Shown here one piece after another: positions 9,667 to 18,297 of a stretch of DNA of 64,000 nt; the stretch's first letter is position 1; every line of letters begins with the position of its first letter. The position numbers and the translations under genes are program-made. The notes below the pieces were generated by a model, which was given only the letters and a program-made list of their open reading frames with translations, was not told where the DNA came from and ran no database searches. This stretch comes from Candidatus Avidehalobacter gallistercoris (GTDB lineage Bacteria; Bacillota; Dehalobacteriia; UBA4068; UBA4997): the NCBI GenBank assembly GCA_018715045.1, contig DVMH01000027.1, positions 6,306 through 70,305 of the forward strand. Reading direction: 5' to 3'.

Positions 9667-10707
9667 ATGCACATTCACGGCGGCGACATTTACACTTATC
9701 AGAATATGCTGGATTTTTCGGCCAACATCAACCCTCTTGGCATACCAGAGAGCGTTGTGCGGGCAGCAGCGGCGGGAGCGGCGGCCTCCGCATCCTATCC
9801 CGACCCAAAATGCCGCCGGCTGAAAGCGGCTATAGCGGCGCACGAACAGACGCCGGAGGAGTATGTCGTCTGCGGCAACGGCGCAGCGGATCTGATCTTC
9901 CAGCTGGCGTTGGCTGCAAAACCCAGGCGCGCCCTGCTGCTCGCCCCCGGTTTCCATGAATATGAACAGGCTCTCCGCACTGTAGACTGCCAGGTTGATT
10001 TCTTCTATCTTAAAGAGGAAGACGGCTTCCGGCTGGCCGACGCCTATCTGGAGGCACTCACTCCAGGTCTGGATATCGTGTTTTTGTGCAATCCTAACAA
10101 TCCCACCGGGCTGGCCGTGCCGCGCCCGGCGCTGCTCCGGATATTGGAGAAATGCCGCGACATCGGCGCCCGTCTGGTCATGGATGAGTGCTTCAACGAA
10201 TTCCTGGACGAGCCCGCCGCCTATAGCCTTAAGCCAGAGCTATCCGCTTATCCCAACCTGTTCATTCTGAAAGCGTTCACCAAGATATACGCCATGCCCG
10301 GTTTGCGTCTGGGCTATGGCCTATGCGCTGACCAGGCGCTGCTGGCGGCCCTCGCCGAAGCCGCTCAGCCATGGAGCGTATCTATCCCCGCACAGGAGGC
10401 AGGGCTGGCAGCGCTCACGGAAACCGAATACGTCGCCCGCGCCAAGGCGCTGGTCAAAGACGAGCGGGAACGCCTACAAGACGCCCTGGCAGCGCTGGGC
10501 TGCCGAACCTACGGTTCTATGGCCAACTATATATTCTTCCGCAGCGTGCCGGGATTGGCTGAGGCCTGCCGCGCGCATAACCTGCTGCTGCGGGATTGCA
10601 GCAACTATCAGGGGCTTTGCCCCGGCTATTTTCGTGCGGCAGTGAAGCTGCCGGAGCAAAACAACCAACTGCTGGCCGTTCTGACTGCGGTATTAGCCGA
10701 ATTTTGA
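9667..10707 (+). CDS. cobD: L-threonine-O-3-phosphate decarboxylase (class I/II aminotransferase fold)
   Basis: 346 aa. The N-terminus MHIHGGDIYTYQNMLDFSANINPLGIPESV is characteristic of CobD. Also has CNPNNPTG and the FTKIYAMPGLRLGY PLP-lysine region. Sits in a B12 gene context. Confidence 0.8.
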   Translation: MHIHGGDIYTYQNMLDFSANINPLGIPESVVRAAAAGAAASASYPDPKCRRLKAAIAAHEQTPEEYVVCGNGAADLIFQLALAAKPRRALLLAPGFHEYEQALRTVDCQVDFFYLKEEDGFRLADAYLEALTPGLDIVFLCNPNNPTGLAVPRPALLRILEKCRDIGARLVMDECFNEFLDEPAAYSLKPELSAYPNLFILKAFTKIYAMPGLRLGYGLCADQALLAALAEAAQPWSVSIPAQEAGLAALTETEYVARAKALVKDERERLQDALAALGCRTYGSMANYIFFRSVPGLAEACRAHNLLLRDCSNYQGLCPGYFRAAVKLPEQNNQLLAVLTAVLAEF

Positions 10708-10731
10708 CGGCTGATTTGCAGCAAAAACCGA

Positions 10732-10761
10732 TTGACTTTCGCGGATTTTTTATGTTAAAAT
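10732..10761 (+). promoter_or_regulatory. Strong predicted promoter in front of the MFS-CBS gene leader
   Basis: TTGACT (10732-10737), an 18-nt spacer, then TGT-TAAAAT (extended -10, 10756-10761). Confidence 0.6.
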
Positions 10762-10793
10762 AGCTCTTGTGCCAAAGGCACCAACAACTTTAT

Positions 10794-10950
10794 AATTACA
10801 GAAAAACAAACGGTAACGACACATGTTTAGCCATGCTAGTAAATCTGATTACGGCACCGTAATACAGAGCATAGGCTGAAGCATGTGCCGTTTTTTGTTT
10901 ACCGGAAAACGAACGCCAGCGCCCAAGCGGCGTTATTTTTTTCTGTAATT
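10794..10950 (+). promoter_or_regulatory. Structured ~160-nt leader element: nested inverted repeats with two terminator-like hairpins (attenuator, unknown riboswitch or MITE-like insert)
   Basis: An outer 13-bp stem pairs AATTACAGAAAAA (10794-10806) with TTTTTCTGTAATT (10938-10950). Inside it, a long imperfect hairpin (~10813-10890, e.g. ACGACACATGTTTAGCCATGCT / AGCATAGGCTGAAGCATGTGCCGT) is followed by T6. A second hairpin AACGCC...GGCGTT (10912-10934) is followed by A-T7. No B12-box or other motif I recognise. Confidence 0.5.
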
Positions 10951-10973
10951 AATATCAGAAAGGAGATCTTTTT

Positions 10974-12842
10974 GTGACTCAGACACAAAACTCGAACAAC
11001 GTATCATCCCGAATCCGCAGGCCAGAACTAATGATTTTCGTGGCCGCCTTTTCCGCCTTTTTGGCCACTTTCAATGAAACGTTCCTGAATGTAGCGTTCA
11101 CGCAGATCATGGACGATCTGAATGTCGGCGTGGCGACAGTGCAGTGGCTTTCCACCGCCTATATGCTGGGAGCGGCGGTTATGGTGCCGATCTCGGCCTT
11201 TTTATACCGCAGCATACCCACCAGGAAACTGTACCTTTTCACTGTCGCCCTGCTGGTAATCGGCAGCGCTGTCTGTGCCTCAGCAGGTAATTTTACTGTT
11301 TTGCTGGCTGGCCGCATTGTGCAGGCCTTCGGCACCGGCATGTTGATCCCGATCGGCATGAACATCACGCTGGAAGTTGCGCCTAAGCGCAAACTGGGAG
11401 CTTATATGGGCTTAATGGGCGCAATGACCACCCTCGGCCCCTCCTCCAGCGTGATTCTGGCAGGTCTGTTCCTGGCGCTGGCCGATTGGCACGCCATGAT
11501 CTGGTTTTTCTTTACGCTGACCGTACTTTGTTTTATCTGCGGCGCACTGATGCTGGACAATATTTCCAGGCTGACCTATCCCAAGCTGGACGCGCTCTCG
11601 GTAATTTACATCAGCATCGCCCTGATCGGCATACTTTACGGCATCTCCACCGTCTTTATGGGTAATCTGAAGCTGGCCGTCGCCGTTATACTGCTGGGCG
11701 CGGTGTTTCTGAGCGCTTTTATACGGCGGCAGAGCCGTCTGGAGCAACCGCTGATCAAGCTGACTCCTCTTGCTATCAAACCCTTTGCGCTGGGCGTATT
11801 GCTGAATATGCTGGCGCTGCTGGTGATTTTCGCCATGAATATCGTCACACCGATGTTTCTGCAGAGCGGTTGGGGAGTCTCTGCGCTGGCGGCCTCGCTG
11901 ACCCTGTTCCCGGCAATTTTGCTTTCCTGCTTTTTCTCGCCGCTGGCCGGGCGCATTTATGACAAACACGGGGCCGCAATCCTGCTGCCGCTGGGCTTCA
12001 TATTGATCGGTCTGGCGGCCGGCGCTATCGGCCTCACCCATTCCACCGGCAACATCTATCTGCTTTCGCTGCTTTATATCCCGGTGATCTGCGGCTCAGC
12101 CCTGATCATCGGCCCGGTGCAGAGTCTGGCATTATCGAATCTCTCGTTTGAGGAAAATCCCCACGGCGTCACCATTATGAGCACCGGCTTTCAGATTGCA
12201 GGCTGCCTCGGCGCGTCGCTGTTTTCCGGCCTTTATTCGCTTTATCCCACAGCGGGAGGCGGCTTCACCGCCAGCTGCCTGCTTGCAGCAGCCACAGGCG
12301 CGCTCGGCCTGCTGCTGGCCCTTCTGGAGAACAAATGGAGCAATCAGCAAGCCGCTTATCACCAGACTGACAGAATGACCGGTATCGCCGCCTTTATGAA
12401 CCGCACGCCTTACAGCGTGAGCAACAGAGCCACTGCCCTGGACGCGTTGCTTTGCATGGCGGAACATAAAACCAGCGGTCTGCCTATCGTCAATGATCAG
12501 ACACAGGTCTGCGGTTTTATCTCCGACGGCGATATTATCCGTTATATGGGCGGTCTGGAAATGGAACCAAACAATTTTTCCCTGCGCTATCCGCTATGGC
12601 AGAGCCTTGACAAGCTGGACGACCGTCTGGCCAAGCTCAGCAGCCTGAAAGTTATGGAATTGGCCACCAAAGAAGCGGTCTGTATTGAGCAAAACGCCAG
12701 CGAACAGGAACTTTTTCACATCTTCGCGGATAAGCGTATCAAAAAAGTGCCGGTTCTCAACCAAGGCCGGTTAAGCGGCATTGTCAGCCGTTCCGACCTG
12801 CTGCGGCAGCTAATAAATCAGGCTATGGCCAGGCAGCAATAA
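10974..12842 (+). CDS. MFS transporter (DHA2/EmrB-like, ~14 TM) fused to a C-terminal CBS-domain pair
   Basis: 622 aa with a GTG start after a GAAAGGAG RBS. The N-terminal ~460 aa are polytopic with MFS motifs (LAGRIVQAFGTGMLIP, FSPLAGRIYDKHG). The C-terminal ~150 aa read LPIVNDQTQVCGFISDGDIIRY ... VPVLNQGRLSGIVSRSDLLRQL, i.e. two CBS motifs. Confidence 0.8.
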   Translation: MTQTQNSNNVSSRIRRPELMIFVAAFSAFLATFNETFLNVAFTQIMDDLNVGVATVQWLSTAYMLGAAVMVPISAFLYRSIPTRKLYLFTVALLVIGSAVCASAGNFTVLLAGRIVQAFGTGMLIPIGMNITLEVAPKRKLGAYMGLMGAMTTLGPSSSVILAGLFLALADWHAMIWFFFTLTVLCFICGALMLDNISRLTYPKLDALSVIYISIALIGILYGISTVFMGNLKLAVAVILLGAVFLSAFIRRQSRLEQPLIKLTPLAIKPFALGVLLNMLALLVIFAMNIVTPMFLQSGWGVSALAASLTLFPAILLSCFFSPLAGRIYDKHGAAILLPLGFILIGLAAGAIGLTHSTGNIYLLSLLYIPVICGSALIIGPVQSLALSNLSFEENPHGVTIMSTGFQIAGCLGASLFSGLYSLYPTAGGGFTASCLLAAATGALGLLLALLENKWSNQQAAYHQTDRMTGIAAFMNRTPYSVSNRATALDALLCMAEHKTSGLPIVNDQTQVCGFISDGDIIRYMGGLEMEPNNFSLRYPLWQSLDKLDDRLAKLSSLKVMELATKEAVCIEQNASEQELFHIFADKRIKKVPVLNQGRLSGIVSRSDLLRQLINQAMARQQ

Positions 12843-12866
12843 ACACAGTAATCGCCTGCCAAACGC

Positions 12867-12895
12867 TTGCTCTTTGCACCGCAATCGAGTATAAT
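12867..12895 (+). promoter_or_regulatory. Predicted promoter for cobO
   Basis: TTGCTC (12867-12872), a 17-nt spacer, then TATAAT (12890-12895). Confidence 0.55.
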
Positions 12896-12922
12896 CAGAA
12901 AAAAGCGAATTGGAGGCAAAAT

Positions 12923-13447
12923 ATGACTGGGCTTATTCACATCTATACCGGTGACGGCAAAGGCAAAACCACCGCAGCCGTAGGGCTGGCCGTGCGCTGC
13001 GCGGGCAGCGGCGCAAACGTCGTGTTCTGCCAGTTTTTGAAAAACAACCAATCATCTGAGCTGAATATCCTGCGGATGATACCGCAAATCACACTGGTGC
13101 AGACTGCGCCTACCCTTGGCTTCTATAAAAGTATGACGGCGGAGCAGCGGACTGAATCTAAGCATATCTGCATCGGCCTGCTGGAAAAGGCGATAACTGC
13201 CGCGCTTACCAACAACGCTCGTTTGCTGGTGTTGGATGAGGTCGTGGCTGCGTATAACCACCAAATGCTTGACCGGGAACGTTTGCTGGCATTTCTGAGA
13301 GAGAAACCGGCGGAACTTGAGATTGTTCTGACCGGGCGTAAGCCCGCGCCGGAGCTTATCGAGCTGGCCGATTATCTTTCGGAAGTAACAAAGCTGAAAC
13401 ATCCGTTTGACCGTGGTATCCCCGCCCGCCGGGGCATCGAAAAATAG
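12923..13447 (+). CDS. cobO: Cob(I)yrinic acid a,c-diamide adenosyltransferase (CobA/CobO/BtuR type)
   Basis: 174 aa. Motifs: IHIYTGDGKGKTTAAVGLAVRCAGSG (P-loop), LLVLDEV and KHPFDRGIPARRGIE. Confidence 0.9.
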   Translation: MTGLIHIYTGDGKGKTTAAVGLAVRCAGSGANVVFCQFLKNNQSSELNILRMIPQITLVQTAPTLGFYKSMTAEQRTESKHICIGLLEKAITAALTNNARLLVLDEVVAAYNHQMLDRERLLAFLREKPAELEIVLTGRKPAPELIELADYLSEVTKLKHPFDRGIPARRGIEK

Positions 13448-13463
13448 CCTGAAATAAATTTAA

Positions 13464-13507
13464 CAAGGGTTTGGCGCAATTTTTCACTGCCAAGCCCTTG
13501 TCTTTTT
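13464..13507 (+). terminator. Rho-independent terminator after cobO
   Basis: 12-bp stem CAAGGGTTTGGC / GCCAAGCCCTTG with a 13-nt loop, followed by TCTTTTT. Confidence 0.75.
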
Positions 13508-13526
13508 ACGCGAAATAAAGTATAAT
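13498..13526 (+). promoter_or_regulatory. Predicted promoter of the riboswitch-controlled cob/hem operon
   Basis: TTGTCT (13498-13503), a 17-nt spacer, then TATAAT (13521-13526). Confidence 0.55.
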
Positions 13527-13544
13527 TTTCTATACTATATAATA

Positions 13545-13710
13545 AAAACTCTGCGCGGTGCCGCAAGGCATAACAGGGAAACAGGTTCAAATCCTGTACT
13601 GTCCCAGCAACCGTGATACTGACGAACGGGCGCACAGCCACTATTCCGCAGGAATGGGAAGGAGCCCTATTAGGAAGAAGTTAAGTCGGTAGACCTACCG
13701 CAGGCAGTTA
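13545..13710 (+). promoter_or_regulatory. Cobalamin (B12) riboswitch aptamer
   Basis: Conserved core GGTGCCGCAAGGCATAACAGGGAAACAGGTTCAAATCCTGTACTGTCCCAGCAACCGTGA. B12-box region AGCCACTATTCCGCAGGAATGGGAAGG. Candidate P1 pairs CTGCG (13551-13555) with CGCAG (13699-13703). It lies directly upstream of cobQ. Confidence 0.9.
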
Positions 13711-13764
13711 CTTTCTGGGCAAAAGCATTATGGTCTTACTATGCCGTAATGAAACAGACTGGCA

Positions 13765-13813
13765 GCGCCGGCGGAAAGTGACCGCGTTCATTCCGTCCGG
13801 CGCTTTTATTTTT
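13765..13813 (+). terminator. Terminator-type expression platform of the cobalamin riboswitch
   Basis: Stem GCGCCGGCGG ... CCGTCCGGCGC followed by TTTTATTTTT, 20 nt before the cobQ RBS/ATG. Confidence 0.7.
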
Positions 13814-13834
13814 GCAATTTAACGAGGTGTAAGC

Positions 13835-15319
13835 ATGAAAGGCATTATGATACAGGGCTGCTCCAGCGACGCGGGCAAAAGCTATGTGGCGACAGCGCTG
13901 TGCCGTGTGTTAGCCGATATGGGGCGCAGGGTTTCGCCCTTTAAGAGTCAGAATATGTCCAATAATTCATACGTCACGTGGGACGGCGGTGAGATTGGCC
14001 GGGCGCAGGGCGTGCAGGCCGAGGCCGCGGGCGTTATACCGGAGACATACATGAACCCCATTCTGCTGAAGCCGCAGAAGAACAGCGGTTCGGAAATCGT
14101 GCTGTTCGGACAGGTATATAAGAGTATGCCGGGAAGCGAGTATCACGCGCATTTTACCATGAACGAAGGCATACAGGCCGTGCGAAAGGCGCTTGGCATT
14201 ATCGCAGCCAATTACGACACTATTGTTATCGAAGGCGCGGGCAGTCCCGCCGAGGTGAACCTGAACGCGCATGAGATCGTTAACATGCGCATTGCCAGAG
14301 AAGCCGACGTACCGGTGCTGTTGGTGGCTGACGTCAACCGGGGCGGCAGCTTCGCCTCCATCGTGGGCACTTTGGAGTTGCTGGGCGAGGACAGAAACCG
14401 CGTTAAGGGAATCATCTTCAACCAGTTTCGCGGCGACATCGCCCTGTTCACCGATGGCGCCAAATGGATAGAGGAATACACCGGCGTCAAAGTGGTGGGC
14501 GTTCTGCCTTATTTCACCGATATCAACATTGAGGGCGAGGATTCTTTAAGCATCAATTTTGAGCATACCTCCGGCGCGGCGCGCCCCATTCGTATCGGCG
14601 TGGTAAAGCTACCGTACATATCCAACCACACTGATATGGAAATTTTCCGCTATGAGCCGGACGTTGACGTGCGGCAGGTGGATGAATTCACGGAACTGAC
14701 AGATTTTGACGCCATAATTCTGCCCGGAACCAAAAGCACCATCGCCGATTTGGCATATCTGGAGCAAAGCGGCTTGGCCGATAAAATCCGGCGTTTTCCC
14801 GGTTTCATCTATGGTATCTGCGGTGGTTATCAGATAATGGGGCAGAAGATGCTTGACCCGGACGGCGTTGATTTTAAGCCCGGTTTTCAGGCGGCGGGGC
14901 TGGGGCTGCTCCCACTTGTCACCCGATTTCAGCCGCAGAAGCACGTGCAGCAGCAGCAGGCGCGTGGCCTGCATCCCATGCTGGGCGGTATGACGGCGCT
15001 TGGCTATGAGATACACCTTGGCGAAAGCGAGCTCGTCTCCGATACGGCTCTTCCCCTATGGCAAATAGAGCGGCATACTGACGGCGCGGCCACCCCGGAC
15101 TTGCGCGTGGCCGGGTCATACCTGCACAATGTATTCCATAACGACACATTCCGCAATATCTGGCTGAACCAAATCCGCAAAAGCATTGGTTTAAAGCCGT
15201 TGCCCCCGGTGGATACCGCCGCCATTAAAGAACAGCAATACGCCAAACTGGGCGAATATGCCAGAAAGTATCTGGACATCGACTATATCCTCCGCCTGAT
15301 TGACGGCAAAAATCAGTAA
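13835..15319 (+). CDS. cobQ: Cobyric acid synthase (glutamine amidotransferase)
   Basis: 494 aa. N-terminus MKGIMIQGCSSDAGKSYVATALCRVL. Contains EGAGSPAEVNL and the GATase-like IYGICGGYQIMG. Confidence 0.95.
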   Translation: MKGIMIQGCSSDAGKSYVATALCRVLADMGRRVSPFKSQNMSNNSYVTWDGGEIGRAQGVQAEAAGVIPETYMNPILLKPQKNSGSEIVLFGQVYKSMPGSEYHAHFTMNEGIQAVRKALGIIAANYDTIVIEGAGSPAEVNLNAHEIVNMRIAREADVPVLLVADVNRGGSFASIVGTLELLGEDRNRVKGIIFNQFRGDIALFTDGAKWIEEYTGVKVVGVLPYFTDINIEGEDSLSINFEHTSGAARPIRIGVVKLPYISNHTDMEIFRYEPDVDVRQVDEFTELTDFDAIILPGTKSTIADLAYLEQSGLADKIRRFPGFIYGICGGYQIMGQKMLDPDGVDFKPGFQAAGLGLLPLVTRFQPQKHVQQQQARGLHPMLGGMTALGYEIHLGESELVSDTALPLWQIERHTDGAATPDLRVAGSYLHNVFHNDTFRNIWLNQIRKSIGLKPLPPVDTAAIKEQQYAKLGEYARKYLDIDYILRLIDGKNQ

Positions 15320-15340
15320 ACAGAAAGGTCGCGCATTTTA

Positions 15341-16297
15341 ATGCCGGTTTATTTTGGCCTGCTTCTGGACGCCCTGCTGGGCGACCCCAAAGGCTTTCCC
15401 CACCCAATAATGCTGGTGGGCAAAATTATCTCCTCATATGAAAATCTGTTCTATAAGCGCACTGATAAACGTACCGGCGGCCTTATGTTTATGCTGGCTG
15501 TCCTTGTTACGGTAGCGGCGCTGGTGCTGGCGCCTTTCGCTCTGTTTGCACGCTGGCCATGGCTGCAAACTGTATTAGGCGTATATCTGCTTTATACGGC
15601 GCTGGCATGGAAAGACCTGAAAGTAGAACCAGGTCTGGCGGTAAAAGCGCTGCAAAAGGGTGATATCGCCCTGGCGCGGCAAAAGCTCTCGCTGGTGGTA
15701 GGACGGGATACGCAAAACCTCACTCCGCCGCAAATTATCAAAGCCGCGGTGGAAACGGTAGCTGAAAACACGATAGACGGCGTATTAGCCCCGTTTTTCT
15801 ATATGTGTCTGGGCTATATATTCTGGGGTCTGCCTGGGGCAGTGCTGCTGGCTTATCTTTATAAGGCCGCCAACACGATGGATTCCATGGTGGGCTATAA
15901 AAACGCCCGCTATTACGATTTCGGTTTCTTCCCGGCGCATTTAGACGACATAGCCAATTTTATCCCGGCGCGCTTGGGAGCGTTGCTTATGCTGCTGGCA
16001 GGGGGGCTTTTGGGCTATGATATAGCCGGCGGCTGGCGGACATGGCTGAAAGATCGGTATGCCCACCAAAGCCCTAACAGCGCCCAATCGGAAAGCGTGA
16101 TGGCTGGACTGCTGGGCATACAGTTGGGAGGACCCAATTATTACGGCGGACAATTGGTGGCCAAACCGTTTATCGGCCAGGCAAAAAAAGCCCCGGAATT
16201 TGATGATTACACAAAAGCCTGCCGCATATTGGATTGCAGCGTTTTGCTGGCGGCATTAATTTACGGATTCTTCTACTTGGGAACAGTGGTATTATAG
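15341..16297 (+). CDS. cbiB: Adenosylcobinamide-phosphate synthase (CbiB/CobD membrane protein)
   Basis: 318 aa integral membrane protein. Motifs: LLGDPKGFPHPIMLVGKIIS, VAENTIDGVLAPFFY and NSAQSESVMAGLLGIQLGG. Confidence 0.9.
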   Translation: MPVYFGLLLDALLGDPKGFPHPIMLVGKIISSYENLFYKRTDKRTGGLMFMLAVLVTVAALVLAPFALFARWPWLQTVLGVYLLYTALAWKDLKVEPGLAVKALQKGDIALARQKLSLVVGRDTQNLTPPQIIKAAVETVAENTIDGVLAPFFYMCLGYIFWGLPGAVLLAYLYKAANTMDSMVGYKNARYYDFGFFPAHLDDIANFIPARLGALLMLLAGGLLGYDIAGGWRTWLKDRYAHQSPNSAQSESVMAGLLGIQLGGPNYYGGQLVAKPFIGQAKKAPEFDDYTKACRILDCSVLLAALIYGFFYLGTVVL

Positions 16298-16487
16298 AGA
16301 TATCTTGCAGGGGAATAATAATTGTTCCAGCATAATTTAATGCAATGCAGCGAAACCCATGAAACCGGAACACCTATCAGTTCCTGCGTGGGCGATTAGC
16401 ATTGATAAAATCCCTGCTTTATGCATCAACTATGTGAAAAGTATTATCAACACCCGCCAAGTCGGATACAAGGAGGACGCAAGGATC

Positions 16488-17117
16488 ATGACGGAAATTA
16501 CCATTATTGAACCGGCCAGAATTGAGGCCAGAAGCTTTGAAATTATCACCGAAATTCTGGGTAACAAAACTTTCCCCGCTGAGCAGCAGGGCATTATCAA
16601 GCGTGTTATTCATACCAGCGCCGATTTTGATTATGCCGACAATCTGGTGTTTGGCCATAATGCGGTCAAATCCGGCGTGGCCGCCCTTAAAGCAGGATGC
16701 ACGGTGGTTACCGACACCCGCATGGCGTTTGCGGGGATTAATCAAAAGAATTTGTCCAAACTCGGTGCGGCAAAAGCTTGCTTTATCGACGACCCGCAGG
16801 TAATGGAACAGGCCAAAGCAGGCGGTGTGACACGCGCGGCTATGGCCATGGAGCTTGCCGCAAGAGACGCCAAAAACAGCATTTTCGCCATCGGCAACGC
16901 ACCTACGGCTCTTTTGATGCTGCGCGATTTGATCCTTGCAGGCAAGCTCTCCCCGGCTTTAGTGGTTGGCGTTCCGGTCGGTTTCGTCAACGTAGTGGAA
17001 GCCAAAGAGCTGTTCATGGAGTTGAACGTGCCGTATATTGTGGCCAAAGGACGCAAAGGCGGCAGCAATGTGGCTGCCGCTATCATCAACGCACTGATGT
17101 TGGAAGCTTTGAAATAA
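16488..17117 (+). CDS. cbiC: Cobalt-precorrin-8 methylmutase
   Basis: The ORF track opens at 16359. The ATG at 16488 (MTEITIIEPARIEARSFEII) follows AGGAGG/AAGGA and matches the usual CbiC N-terminus. Motifs: IIKRVIHTSADFDY and GNAPTAL. Confidence 0.9.
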   Translation: MTEITIIEPARIEARSFEIITEILGNKTFPAEQQGIIKRVIHTSADFDYADNLVFGHNAVKSGVAALKAGCTVVTDTRMAFAGINQKNLSKLGAAKACFIDDPQVMEQAKAGGVTRAAMAMELAARDAKNSIFAIGNAPTALLMLRDLILAGKLSPALVVGVPVGFVNVVEAKELFMELNVPYIVAKGRKGGSNVAAAIINALMLEALK

Positions 17118-17142
17118 AGCATTGAATAATTAAGGAAACGAA

Positions 17143-18297
17143 ATGACAGAAATCTTTGAGGAATACGTGGCTTTCGGCAACAAAATGCTGCGCAAAGGCT
17201 ATACCACCGGCACCTGCGCGGCGGCAGCAGCCCAAGCCGCAGCCTGCCTGCTGGTGACGGGTGAAAAACCCGCCCAGGTGGAGGTAGAATTGCCGCAGGG
17301 CAGACACATCACACTGCCGCTGGCGCGCTGCGAGTATACCGCAGAGGGGGCTATGGCTGCCGTTACCAAAGACGGCGGCGACGACCCGGATATCACCAGC
17401 GGCCTCAACATCTGCGCTGAGGTAAGGCTGACAGAGGGCGGCGAAATAACTATCACAGGCGGCTCTGGCGTGGGCAAGGTGACACTGGCGGGCTTAAAGG
17501 TGCCAGTTGGACAGGCTGCCATCAACCCTACCCCTCGCGCTATGATCACTCAGAACCTGCGCCGTGTGCTGCCGGCGGGGCAAGGTGCGACCGTCGTTAT
17601 CTCCGTTCCCGGCGGCACGGAAATTGCCAAGCGCACATTCAACCCACGGCTCGGCATCGTCGGCGGCATATCTATTCTGGGCAGCACCGGCATCGTGAAC
17701 CCAATGTCGGAAGAAGCTCTGAAGCAAAGCCTTAAAGTGGAGCTGAGCGTGCTGCTGCACCGCCTGCCGGAGGACATGCCCATCATTTTCGCTTTCGGCA
17801 ACTATGGTCTGGATTTTCTGGCGTCATGCGGCATAGCGGCAGAAAACGTTCTGAAAATCAGCAACTATCTCGGCTTTATGCTGGACACAGCCAGAGAAAT
17901 GAATGTTAAGCGCCTGCTGCTTTGCGGCCACCTCGGCAAGCTGGTTAAGGTGAGCGGCAGCATTTTCCACACCCACAGCCATGTGGCTGACGCGCGGCTG
18001 GAAATTCTGACGGCTTACGCAGCTCTTGCCGGTGGCGATGCGCAGCTTCTGCGCCGCATTTACGCTGCCAAAACAACCAGCGCAGCGGCAGCGGAAATTG
18101 ACGCGGCAGGGCTCGCCGGCGTTTACCGTATGGTGACGGAAAACGCCGCCCGGCGGTCGGAAACTTACACATACAACGAAATAACGGTGGGCGCCATGCT
18201 GTTCGGCGACGCGAACCGCCTGCTTTATATGGAAGAGAAAGCCAGGCAAATGCTTACCGAAATCAAGCAAAAAAGCAGAAAGGCGGATGATCTATGA
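17143..18297 (+). CDS. cbiD: Cobalt-precorrin-5B (C1)-methyltransferase (anaerobic pathway)
   Basis: 384 aa. Motifs: LRKGYTTGTCAAAAAQAA, TKDGGDDPDIT and GISILGSTGIVNPMS. Confidence 0.9.
   Translation: MTEIFEEYVAFGNKMLRKGYTTGTCAAAAAQAAACLLVTGEKPAQVEVELPQGRHITLPLARCEYTAEGAMAAVTKDGGDDPDITSGLNICAEVRLTEGGEITITGGSGVGKVTLAGLKVPVGQAAINPTPRAMITQNLRRVLPAGQGATVVISVPGGTEIAKRTFNPRLGIVGGISILGSTGIVNPMSEEALKQSLKVELSVLLHRLPEDMPIIFAFGNYGLDFLASCGIAAENVLKISNYLGFMLDTAREMNVKRLLLCGHLGKLVKVSGSIFHTHSHVADARLEILTAYAALAGGDAQLLRRIYAAKTTSAAAAEIDAAGLAGVYRMVTENAARRSETYTYNEITVGAMLFGDANRLLYMEEKARQMLTEIKQKSRKADDL

Noticed and set aside
16359-16487. N-terminal extensions implied by the ORF track for several genes: cbiC 16359, cbiJ 21257, cbiF 30006, hemC 25362, glmS 40756, tatD 52779, rsmI 55257, yabA 56491, secA 41452, phzF 62620 and the thioesterase 40804.
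   Set aside because: The extensions overlap upstream genes or promoters and lack an RBS. Internal ATG/GTG/TTG codons with good Shine-Dalgarno spacing reproduce the conserved N-termini of each family.
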